Assembly (NCBI GenBank): GCA_963744845.1
Contig: CAVUVE010000012.1
Span: forward strand, 403,507-467,506
Direction of reading: 5' to 3'
Source: an uncultured Solirubrobacteraceae bacterium
Lineage (GTDB): Bacteria > Actinomycetota > Thermoleophilia > Solirubrobacterales > Solirubrobacteraceae
Length of the DNA stretch: 64,000 nucleotides
The notes beneath the pieces were generated by a model. That model was not told the DNA's origin, did not search any database, and saw nothing but the letters and a program-made list of their open reading frames with translations. Below are positions 56,636-64,000 of the stretch, piece after piece; position 1 is the first letter of the stretch; every line of letters starts with the position of its first letter. A program made the position numbers and the translations under genes.

Positions 56636-56847
56636 CTGGCCACCGTCGATGTGATGCTTCCGCCGGTGATCGCGGCATTCACTTGGACTCCTCGGCGGGC
56701 GTACTCGATGGCCAGTGAGCGGGCGTCCAGTCGCCATCTGGGTCGGTGGTTTGTCCCACTTCGATCAAATGACCGTCGGGATCGCGGATGTAGCAACGGA
56801 TCTCGTACTGGTGCTGTTTCGGCGGCGTCAGGAAAATCCGCACCCCG
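56636..56847. repeat. copy B of the 211-bp direct repeat (partner 49778-49988)
   Basis: See copy A. This copy contains an SDR mid-fragment (VNAAITGGSITS) and the last roughly 40 codons of the VOC gene. Confidence 0.85.
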
Positions 56848-57118
56848 CAGCCGATGTTGTGATGAGCGGGGATTCCATCTCACTCCAGGCACCGCGAACC
56901 GATCGCGGCCCCCGGCCCACCGCGCGCTGGGCTGTCTCGGCTTCGGCGGTGTCACCCTCCACCGCCAAGAAGTCGGGCTCGTCGGGGTCAGCCATCGAGA
57001 GCGCGGTGCCCACGACGGCGTACCCGGCAGCACAGAACCCGGAGGCGAGGCCTGCGCCGATGCCTTGCGTTGCGCCGGTGACGATCGCGACCCGCGGTGA
57101 CGCCGAGTCGTGACTCAC
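56848..57118 (-). pseudogene. N-terminal SDR fragment fused to the VOC C-terminal remnant
   Basis: MSHDSASPRVAIVTGATQGIGAGLASGFCAAGYAVVG parallels the N-terminus of the 54226-54936 SDR. Similarity is lost after about 60 codons. Confidence 0.6.
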
Positions 57119-57588
57119 GCGACGAGGTAGGTCTCGTAGATCACGCCTCCGGCCTGGCGGCCGGCCACGCTGATGAAGATGCCCTTGTTCAGCCAGTCAA
57201 GGTTGGGGGCGGCGGTCTCGATCTGGGTTGAGGTGCGGAAGGTGTACTCGCGGGCGTCGACATCTTCACCGTGCGCGAGACGAGCGAGGACCTCGGCGCT
57301 GCCATGGCGTACACCTCGTGATTGGACGTAGAGCAGATCACCCCGATCGGTCATTAGCGTGTAGCGGATGTCGCCGAGCGCGGTGCCATCGGCCAGGACG
57401 ATCTGCCAGTCGGCGCTGGCGCCCGGAAGCAGCTTGCCACTGATCTCTGGACCGGTGAACGTCCCGCTGACCAGCGCCACGATCCGCCGGTGGCCCTGTG
57501 GGATGTCACCCAGATCAAGCGGCTCGGCGAGCGTCGCCTCCAGACGGTACACCTTGATCAGGCGAGGCTCGGGAAGCCGATTGCTCAT
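57115..57588 (-). CDS. DUF3237 domain protein
   Basis: 157 aa. The G.R.I..V.GG.F.GP...G.VLPGGADW pattern is characteristic of DUF3237. Confidence 0.85.
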   Translation of the reverse strand: MSNRLPEPRLIKVYRLEATLAEPLDLGDIPQGHRRIVALVSGTFTGPEISGKLLPGASADWQIVLADGTALGDIRYTLMTDRGDLLYVQSRGVRHGSAEVLARLAHGEDVDAREYTFRTSTQIETAAPNLDWLNKGIFISVAGRQAGGVIYETYLVA

Positions 57589-57701
57589 GACCGACGTGGG
57601 CTCGTCTGCATCGTCCCGATCATGTGCGCGCGCATGATGTCCTCCTCAGTCGTTCGAAGGGGAAGGCTGTCTCGGTAGTCGCCCACGCCGCTCTCCGTCA
57701 G

Positions 57702-59072
57702 TCAGCTCGCCATCGGCGGGCCCGTGCTGATCGGCGTGTGCGCGGTCGCGATCTCGTCCCGGAGCGCCTTGAGCGCGGCGACGTAGATCTCCGAGAACGT
57801 GGGGAACGGCTGGATCGTGTCGGCCAGGACATCGAGTGGCACGTGGGCGCGGATCGCCAGCGTGGCTTGTTGGAGCCACTCGCCTGCCTCCGGGCCAAGG
57901 GCGTAGGCGCCGGTCAGACGCTCGCCGTCGCTCAGGAGCGTCAGGAATCCGTTGTCCTCGGCATAGGCGCGCGTGTAGGTGGCGGTCTTGGCGACCTCTG
58001 ACACCGAGACCATCGCGCTGAAGCGACCGGCGGCGGCTCCCACGGCCGCGGCTTGCGGGTCCGTGTAGACCACACGAGGAACGGCCTCGTAGTTGGCTTT
58101 TCGCGGGATCCCGAGGATGTTCGCGGCGACAACCTCGCCTTGGTACTTGCCGACGTGGGTCAGGGGCCAGAGGCCATTGACGTCGCCGATCGCCCACAGT
58201 TTCTCCGCGGCGCGCAGGTGCGCGTCGACCGGAACACCGTGAGCGTCCGGTTCGACACCGACGCTCTCGAGGCCAATCCCCTGAACGCGAGGCCGGCGAC
58301 CCGTGGCGACGAGCAGACGGTCGCCACGTAGCTCTCGCCCGTCGTCGATCTCGAGCACGTAGTCCTCGCGATCGGATCGCGCGGCGCTCGCGTTCGCCGA
58401 CAGGACGAGCTCGATGCCCTCGCCGCGCAGCACGTCACCGAGACCTTGCCCCAGCGCCATCGGCTCCCGGGCGAGCACGTGCTCGGACATCTCGATCACC
58501 ACCGCCTCGCCGCCGAGCCGGCGCACGGCCTGCGCCATCTCCACCCCGACCGGCCCGCCCCCCAGGATCAGCAGCCGGCGCGGAACGGCCTTCATCGAGG
58601 TCGCTTCGCGGTTGGTCCAGATGCCCTCGAGCTCGCGGAGGCCCGGAATCGGCGGAACGAACGGATCGGCGCCGTTCGCGAGCACCACGTCGTCAGCGGT
58701 GTGGCGCACCCCGTCGACCTCAACGACGCCCGGGCCGGCGAGCCGGCCGGTGCCGCGTAGCAGGTCAATGCCATGATCGGCCAGCCAGCGCTCCTGGCCG
58801 GCGTCGGAGTAGTCCGAGACCATGAAGTCACGCCAGGCAAGCGCCGCCTCGACGTCGACCTTGGCGCTCGCCGCCGCGTTCTGCGCCCCATGGACCGCTT
58901 CGCCCGGACGCAGCAGGGTCTTCGACGGGATGCACGCCCAATACGAACACTCGCCCCCCACAAGCTCGCGCTCCACTACGGCCACGCGCAGGCCGCCCTC
59001 GGCCAAGGCGCCAGCACAATGCTCGCCCGGCGAGCCCGCTCCCATCACGATCACGTCGTAGTCGCTGCTCAT
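57702..59072 (-). CDS. class I pyridine nucleotide-disulfide oxidoreductase (dihydrolipoamide dehydrogenase/mercuric reductase-like)
   Basis: [12 protein letters not shown], the redox-active [13 protein letters not shown], a second dinucleotide fold [10 protein letters not shown] and a dimerisation domain. Confidence 0.9.
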   Translation of the reverse strand: MSSDYDVIVMGAGSPGEHCAGALAEGGLRVAVVERELVGGECSYWACIPSKTLLRPGEAVHGAQNAAASAKVDVEAALAWRDFMVSDYSDAGQERWLADHGIDLLRGTGRLAGPGVVEVDGVRHTADDVVLANGADPFVPPIPGLRELEGIWTNREATSMKAVPRRLLILGGGPVGVEMAQAVRRLGGEAVVIEMSEHVLAREPMALGQGLGDVLRGEGIELVLSANASAARSDREDYVLEIDDGRELRGDRLLVATGRRPRVQGIGLESVGVEPDAHGVPVDAHLRAAEKLWAIGDVNGLWPLTHVGKYQGEVVAANILGIPRKANYEAVPRVVYTDPQAAAVGAAAGRFSAMVSVSEVAKTATYTRAYAEDNGFLTLLSDGERLTGAYALGPEAGEWLQQATLAIRAHVPLDVLADTIQPFPTFSEIYVAALKALRDEIATAHTPISTGPPMAS

Positions 59073-59236
59073 GTCGGCAGCTCCTCGCCGGCATCCTCAC
59101 GGACCATGTAGAGCGCGTACCAGTCGGGCCAGTTCGGATCCTCCTCACCGGTTCGCTCCTCGTGCTTGCCGTGCGCTTCGGCCGCCCGTCTGAGGGCCTC
59201 CGCGAGATCCTCCACAGACTCATACGTCGTGGCCAT
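59069..59236 (-). CDS. small conserved-looking protein (55 aa), not in the supplied ORF track
   Basis: Hand translation gives [55 protein letters not shown]. Its TGA overlaps the ATG of the oxidoreductase (ATGA). Confidence 0.6.
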   Translation of the reverse strand: MATTYESVEDLAEALRRAAEAHGKHEERTGEEDPNWPDWYALYMVREDAGEELPT

Positions 59237-59249
59237 CGCCCTCGTCCTC

Positions 59250-59747
59250 TCAGCGACCCGGAAGCCGGGTCGTGATCTCCTGGAGCAGCCAGCCGTTGCC
59301 GTCCGGGTCGCTGAAGGTCGCGAACGAGCCGTAGGTGCTGCGCTCGGGCGCCGGCCCGGGCACCCGGCCGCTCTCGTGGAAGCGATCGCCGAGCGCGCTC
59401 TCGTGGAACACCTCGCTCACCTCAATCCCCCGCGTCAACAACTCGTCACGCGCAGGCTCGATGTCGGAGACGATCAGGTACAGGCTCTGGGCCGAACCGG
59501 GCTCGGCCGACGCGATGTTTGTGCCAAATTGAATCGAGCACGCGGAGCCTGGAGGCGTGAACTGGACGATGCGAAAGTCGTCCCCGCGTGCGACGTCGGC
59601 GTCGAGCCGCCATCCGAGCCTCTCGTAGAAACTCTTCGCCCGATCGACATCCGAGACCGGCACTACGACGACCTCGAGCCTCACCTCCCCAGCCGGGACG
59701 GGCCCACTGCTTGTCACGCCTTCACTGCTCACGTGGACGCTGCTCAT
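59250..59747 (-). CDS. VOC family (glyoxalase/bleomycin resistance) protein
   Basis: ATG at 59747 preceded by GGAGGCAGAG. VVVPVSDVDRAKSFYERLGW ... FSDPDGNGWLLQE. Confidence 0.85.
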   Translation of the reverse strand: MSSVHVSSEGVTSSGPVPAGEVRLEVVVVPVSDVDRAKSFYERLGWRLDADVARGDDFRIVQFTPPGSACSIQFGTNIASAEPGSAQSLYLIVSDIEPARDELLTRGIEVSEVFHESALGDRFHESGRVPGPAPERSTYGSFATFSDPDGNGWLLQEITTRLPGR

Positions 59748-59792
59748 CTCTGCCTCCATGGGTCGGTAGCGCCGTAACACGGCGACGCCGCC

Positions 59793-59858
59793 TCACGGAC
59801 CTGTCAACCCGCGGCAACAACGCGGTCTCACGGACCTGGTCAACCCGCGGCAACGACG
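59793..59858. repeat. two tandem copies of a roughly 30-nt unit (period 35)
   Basis: TCACGGACCTGTCAACCCGCGGCAACAACG followed by TCACGGACCTGGTCAACCCGCGGCAACGACG. Confidence 0.8.
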
Positions 59859-59986
59859 CTGCTCGGAGTCACCACGAGCCTCCGTCCTGCTCCCGCCTCG
59901 GCCGTCTCGACCGAGGGCGTTCATGTTCGCCACTTTCCTCCGATTCGATCAGAAGTCAAGGGTCACCACCGCTTGGATCACGGAGT

Positions 59987-60130
59987 TCAAGCGTGGAGCG
60001 TGCTGGTCAGCAGGCTGGGCAATAGCGACGTCGGGACCTCGTGCCTAAGATCGGAAAGCAGGCTCGCGATCCCGATGTCGCGGACGCCCGGCGTCAGCCA
60101 ATGTGCGTCGGTCTCGTCCCCCGTAGCGGC
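59987..60130 (-). pseudogene. possible N-terminal remnant of an MFS transporter
   Basis: WLTPGVRDIGIASLLSDLRHEVPTSLLPSLL resembles the N-terminal signature of one MFS subfamily. The frame stops immediately afterwards. Confidence 0.4.
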
Positions 60131-60373
60131 GTTCGTCTCAGTGCCCACGCGCGGATCGTGACACGGGGCGAGCGGCATCGGACCGCGAGGAACCAGGCTG
60201 CTCCTAAGTCGAGTCGACAACCGCGCCCTGGAGCCGCCGGCTGCTCCTATCGCGGCCCGCCGGATCCAAAGCGCCAGCACAGGCGTAGGGCCGGAGCTTC
60301 GTGGTTGCAGCGGCGCGCTCAGGGTGGCCGACGGGTTCTGCTCTCTACGGCCGACCGGGATTGGTCACGCCGT

Positions 60374-60970
60374 CTAGTCGTGCATCCCGAAGCCGTCCAG
60401 GATCCGTGGTGTGGCGCGTTCGATACGCGCGACCCGAGTCTTGGATTGTTTGGCGCCGTTGAAGTGCAGCAGCCAGCCACGTCGACGGCCGGGGGTGAGG
60501 CGCTCCCACGCACCGCGCAACGCAGGGTCCTCGTCGAGCAGCATCTCGAGCTCCTCGGGGTAAGGCCCGTCGTCAGTAGGAGTGGGCTTGGGACTCGCCA
60601 GCCCGGCCTCCTCGACGCGGATGGCATCCTGCACGAGCGCTTCGATGGTCCTCCTCGCGGCCGTGACGTCTGCAACGGAGCGGAACTCCAGGCGCAGTGC
60701 GGACCGGGTGTTCGCGCCCTGCTCTTTGAGCGCGCCGTCGGGGTCCTCAAGCAGGGCGCCCTTGAAGAACAGCAGCGCGCACAGCTCCTTGAACGGCTGG
60801 AAGATGACGACATTCGATCCCGCGTGCGAGTAGCACGGCTTGTACCACTTCAACTCCTCATCCAGGCCGGCCCCGAGCAGCACGGGTCGCACGGCCTCGA
60901 GCTCGGCGCGCCACGAGCGCATCCCCTCGATGTAGTTGTCGACCTGCGGATTGTTCGGCGTGTCAGTCAT
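60374..60970 (-). CDS. YdeI/DUF1801-type protein
   Basis: ATG at 60970 preceded by GGAGG. KWYKPCYSHAGSNVVIFQPFKE ... LTPGRRRGWLLHFNGAKQSKTRVARIE. Confidence 0.85.
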   Translation of the reverse strand: MTDTPNNPQVDNYIEGMRSWRAELEAVRPVLLGAGLDEELKWYKPCYSHAGSNVVIFQPFKELCALLFFKGALLEDPDGALKEQGANTRSALRLEFRSVADVTAARRTIEALVQDAIRVEEAGLASPKPTPTDDGPYPEELEMLLDEDPALRGAWERLTPGRRRGWLLHFNGAKQSKTRVARIERATPRILDGFGMHD

Positions 60971-61399
60971 GAGGACCTCCGAAGGGCACCGGTTGAGTCT
61001 CGCGCATGTGAAGCGGATTCGGATCAGCTTCCACCGCTTCCCCTTTTCGCCAACCGGGCCCTCCGGCCCGTCGCTGCTGCTTCTGATTAGCGCGTTCGTG
61101 CAGCGGCAGCGCCGGTGGCTGGCCGCCCCTTGGGCGCGCGACGGAATCGGCGAGGCGCGCCACGCCGACTTCGGGATCACCGCAGCTCAGAACACCGGCC
61201 TGATCTACGCCAAGGCCAGCCGCTGAGGAAGGTCCCCACCGAGCAACCGTCAACGAGCTGTTCGCGGAGATCGACAAGTACCACGCCGCTGGGGAGAAGG
61301 TCGTCGTCGACGACGCCCAGGCCGCCGAGGCAACCCGCTGGCTGCGCGAGAACGAGGACGATTCAGCGGTCTGATACCGGATGCGCCACGCAGTGGCAG

Positions 61400-61759
61400 C
61401 TAGAGCTCACGCGGCTCCGCGGTCAGGTGCCCGCCAGCATCTCCGGTGTTGACGGTCCCGTCAGGCTCGATGAGCAGCACCTCGGTCTCATCCTCTGCGT
61501 CTGGGCAATGCTCGACGCCACGCGGGACAACGAACATCTCCCCCGGGTCCAGAATCACGTCTCGGTCTCTGAGATGGATCGTGAGACGACCGCGGATAAC
61601 CAGGAAGAAGTCGTCGGTCTCGTCGTGTTTATGCCACACGAACGGCCCCTTGACCTTGACGATCTGCAGTTTGTAGTCGTTGATGTGACCAACGATCGCC
61701 GGAACGTAGGGCCTATCCAGCGACGCCAGCTTCTCAGCAAGATTGACCTTGCCGACCAT
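61400..61759 (-). CDS. cupin domain protein
   Basis: Both cupin motifs are present (WHKHDETDDFFLVIRG ... GEMFVVPRGVEHC). Confidence 0.85.
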   Translation of the reverse strand: MVGKVNLAEKLASLDRPYVPAIVGHINDYKLQIVKVKGPFVWHKHDETDDFFLVIRGRLTIHLRDRDVILDPGEMFVVPRGVEHCPDAEDETEVLLIEPDGTVNTGDAGGHLTAEPREL

Positions 61760-61993
61760 AGAGACACCTCCTAATCAAGCGGAAGGGACTGCTCCAGTGT
61801 CGCTACAAGCAGCGCTCTCCAAAGCCACCACGCCTCTTTCTCCACGCGGCGAGCAACCCGCGGCTTGGCACTCGTCAAACTCTTCCCGAGGAACCACTAA
61901 CAGTTGCCCGCGAACAGTTGCCCGAAGCTTGATCCCACAAACATCAACCGCTTCACCGTCACAAAAACGCTTTTTTTGCAGGCACTTCACGAG

Positions 61994-62067
61994 TACCCCC
62001 GGCAGGACTCGAACCTGCGACCCACGGCTTAGAAGGCCGTCGCTCTATCCAGCTGAGCTACGGGGGC
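61994..62067 (-). tRNA. tRNA-Arg (anticodon TCT), CCA not encoded
   Basis: Hand-folded cloverleaf: acceptor GCCCCCG/CGGGGGT (G-U at 1-72), D arm GCTC-AGCTGGATA-GAGC, anticodon arm ACGGC-CTTCTAA-GCCGT, T arm GCAGG-TTCGAGT-CCTGC, discriminator A. Confidence 0.9.
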
Positions 62068-62074
62068 CTGGGCT

Positions 62075-62908
62075 GTGAGGGTAACCGCGTCGACGACGGT
62101 TTTCGCCCTCGCCGCGATACTGACCCTCGCCGCGCCGGCGCCCGGCCGCGCCGCGCGCCGCCCGGCTCGGGGCGTGTGCGTCGTGCCGGGCACGACCCGG
62201 ACGATCGACCAGCTGTGGCGACCCGACATGGCGGCGACGACCGCATATGCCCGCGCCCGGGACGGAGACATCGCCTTCGCGGTGCGCACGGCGCGTCGCT
62301 TCGAGGCCTACCGGCCCGATCACCAGGAGTGGTCGGCGAGCGTCGTCAAGGCGATGCTGCTCGTCGCCTACCTCGACCGGCCCTCGGTCCGCGGGCGCCC
62401 ATTGTCCGCGGACGAGCAGGCGGTGCTCGGACCGATGATCCGCGCCTCGGACAACGACGACGCTCAGGAGATCTTCGACACGGTCGGGCAGGGCAGCCTG
62501 AGCTCGCTCGCCCGGCGGGTCGGCATGACCCACTTCGCCACCAACCCGGTGTGGGGCGAGACGGAGATCACCCCGCGCGACCAGACGCGCTTCTTCTTGA
62601 CGATCGACCGGTTCGTCGCCGCCCGTCACCGCTCGTACGCGATGCGGCTGCTGCGCAGCGTCATTCCCGCGCAGCGCTGGGGGATCGGAACGCTGGCTCC
62701 CCCCGGGTGGCGGCTGTACTTCAAGGGCGGCTGGGGGTACGCGACGGGCCTGGAGGACCATCAGGTGGCGCTGCTCGTTCGCGGCTGCGCCCGGGTGTCG
62801 ATCGCCGTGCTGACGATGCACGACGGTTCGCACGCCTACGGCAAGGCGACGCTCAAGGGGATCTTCGCGCGGCTGCTGCGCGGCTTTCCGACCCGCTTCG
62901 GGCGCTGA
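62075..62908 (+). CDS. class A beta-lactamase-related serine hydrolase
   Basis: Signal peptide, SxxK (SASVVK), SDN (ASDNDD) and a KGG variant of KTG (FKGGWG). The GTG start is only 8 nt from the tRNA 5' end, and later starts are possible. Confidence 0.75.
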   Translation: MRVTASTTVFALAAILTLAAPAPGRAARRPARGVCVVPGTTRTIDQLWRPDMAATTAYARARDGDIAFAVRTARRFEAYRPDHQEWSASVVKAMLLVAYLDRPSVRGRPLSADEQAVLGPMIRASDNDDAQEIFDTVGQGSLSSLARRVGMTHFATNPVWGETEITPRDQTRFFLTIDRFVAARHRSYAMRLLRSVIPAQRWGIGTLAPPGWRLYFKGGWGYATGLEDHQVALLVRGCARVSIAVLTMHDGSHAYGKATLKGIFARLLRGFPTRFGR

Positions 62909-63936
62909 CGCCGCGATGACGACCGCGAGCAGGTCGCGGTGACGTAGCAGGCCAGCTGGGGCTCGGCGGGGACGTGGGGATAGGTCGCGAGCGTCGTGGC
63001 GACGGCGGTGTTGGTGTGGGCGAAGTTCACCGGGAAGGCCACCGGGTCGACCCCCGGCATCAAGGTGTCCAGACAGACGCTGGGCGAGACGCGGCTCGGG
63101 TCCGCCGGGCCAGCGTGGGTCATCGCGTCGAGGGCGAGGGCGTAGGCGGTGTGGTCGTAGATCCCGATGCCGATGTGCTCGGTCGGATCGTTGGGGCACA
63201 CCGTCTGGATCGCGACGTTGGTGATCGCCCCACCCCCGCCGTGCAGCGACGAGGACGCGGCCGGCCCGAAGTTCGGCACCACCACCTCGTCGGTCAGCGT
63301 GAACACGTCGGTGTAGGAGATCCCGGGGAAGGTCTCCTGGCGCGAGTTCAGGGCCGCGATGAACCTCGCGTTCGAGCGCTGCTGCCAGATCGACGCGGCG
63401 CAGCCGACCTCGCAGAGCGGGATCGCGTCCAGGGTGCCGTGATTGCTCGGCGAGAGCCCGATCAGATCGTCGACCATCGCCCGCGTGTCGGGCCAGAAGC
63501 GCAGCGCCCAGCGGGGCACCATCCCGCCCTGGGAGTGCCCGATGATGTCGATCCGCCCCCCGTAGGCGGCGTGCATGGTGCGGATCGCGTAGACGACGTA
63601 CTCGCCGGCCGTCTGGATGTCGGCCATCGCGTTGCCGGGCAGGTCGATCGTGCAGTATGGGTCGCCGAGCTGGCGCAGGGCCGGCTCCCAGCCGTAGGAG
63701 AAATCGGTCGTCGGGTTCAGCGTCGTGCCCGGCACGAGCAGCACCGGCGGGTGCGCGGCTCCCGTCAGCGGGCCGTCACATTGCAACGCGGCCGCGAGCT
63801 GGGCGGCTGGCACCGAGAGCTTCGGTCCAGGCCGGTTGACCGGCGCGTACGTGCTGGCGTTCGCCGCCGCCGACGCCGTGAGCAGGCCGACGGCCACGAC
63901 CAACGCGCTCCACCAGGTCCGCAAGCGCCTCTCCAT
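62836..63936 (-). CDS. secreted lipase/esterase (alpha/beta hydrolase, CalB-like)
   Basis: Signal peptide and a nucleophile elbow GHSQGG. LVPGT and several Cys pairs are present. The last roughly 24 codons overlap the convergent hydrolase gene. Confidence 0.8.
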   Translation of the reverse strand: MERRLRTWWSALVVAVGLLTASAAANASTYAPVNRPGPKLSVPAAQLAAALQCDGPLTGAAHPPVLLVPGTTLNPTTDFSYGWEPALRQLGDPYCTIDLPGNAMADIQTAGEYVVYAIRTMHAAYGGRIDIIGHSQGGMVPRWALRFWPDTRAMVDDLIGLSPSNHGTLDAIPLCEVGCAASIWQQRSNARFIAALNSRQETFPGISYTDVFTLTDEVVVPNFGPAASSSLHGGGGAITNVAIQTVCPNDPTEHIGIGIYDHTAYALALDAMTHAGPADPSRVSPSVCLDTLMPGVDPVAFPVNFAHTNTAVATTLATYPHVPAEPQLACYVTATCSRSSSRRQRPKRVGKPRSSRAKIPLSVALP

Positions 63937-64000
63937 CGGTCCCCAATGTACCGGTTACCGGAGCGGACAGGAGCGACAGCAAATATCGGGGCGCCCGGAT

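Larger units (their letters stand above)
49519..62039. mobile_element. putative degenerate tRNA-Arg-associated genomic island (no integrase detected)
   Basis: The segment is bounded by the 44-bp direct repeat, and the 3' end of the intact tRNA faces inward. Its content is accessory redox genes plus several truncated or duplicated gene pieces. Confidence 0.5.

Noticed and set aside
61201-61375. A plus-strand frame ending ...TVNELFAEIDKYHAAGEKVVVDDAQAAEATRWLRENEDDSAV-stop that looks protein-like.
   Set aside because: There is no start codon between the upstream in-frame stop and this stretch, and I recognise no family. It may be another gene remnant, but it is too short to support.
49563-61993. 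I searched all frames by eye for an integrase, excisionase, transposase or conjugation gene inside the att-bounded segment.
   Set aside because: I found no R..H.LRH...Y-type tyrosine recombinase blocks, DDE motifs or relaxase-like sequence. Absence by eye is not proof, so an HMM scan is needed.
1-64000. A window-wide scan for a CRISPR array or other regularly spaced repeats.
   Set aside because: I saw no series of three or more evenly spaced direct repeats. The only repeats found are the tRNA-derived 44-mer pair, the 211-bp pair and the two-unit tandem repeat at 59793-59858.

Overview
This is a high-GC (visibly about 70%) actinobacterial-type chromosome segment. The gene families suggest Thermoleophilia or Solirubrobacterales-like, but that is a guess. 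All family calls come from reading the translated ORFs by eye; no searches were run. I support about 60 protein-coding genes, 2 tRNA genes (tRNA-His GTG and tRNA-Arg TCT), several gene remnants and a few repeats. Most long antisense or alternative-frame ORFs in the track are GC-driven artefacts.

Main content:
- A two-component system lies divergent to a translationally coupled envelope operon at 7.4-15.0 kb. The operon encodes an S11 DD-carboxypeptidase, a Cys-repeat lipoprotein, a peptidoglycan-binding efflux adaptor, a MacB-type ABC ATPase, an FtsX permease and an unknown protein.
- A Rieske oxygenase/reductase pair lies at 15.1-17.3 kb.
- A TetR/SDR and three-flavoenzyme neighbourhood lies at 24-32 kb. 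It includes a candidate flavin-dependent halogenase next to an APC permease.
- The rest includes a GH2 glycosidase, PolX, a decayed GGDEF-EAL gene, and assorted regulators and transporters.

The most unusual structure is a roughly 12.5-kb segment (49.5-62.0 kb). It is bracketed by an exact 44-bp direct repeat of the 3' half of tRNA-Arg(TCT), which is att-site geometry. It carries no recognisable integrase. It holds a tightly packed six-gene redox/detox operon and a mosaic of duplicated, reciprocally decayed gene modules.

I found no CRISPR array, no obvious phage or defence genes, and no convincingly novel multi-gene system beyond these candidates.
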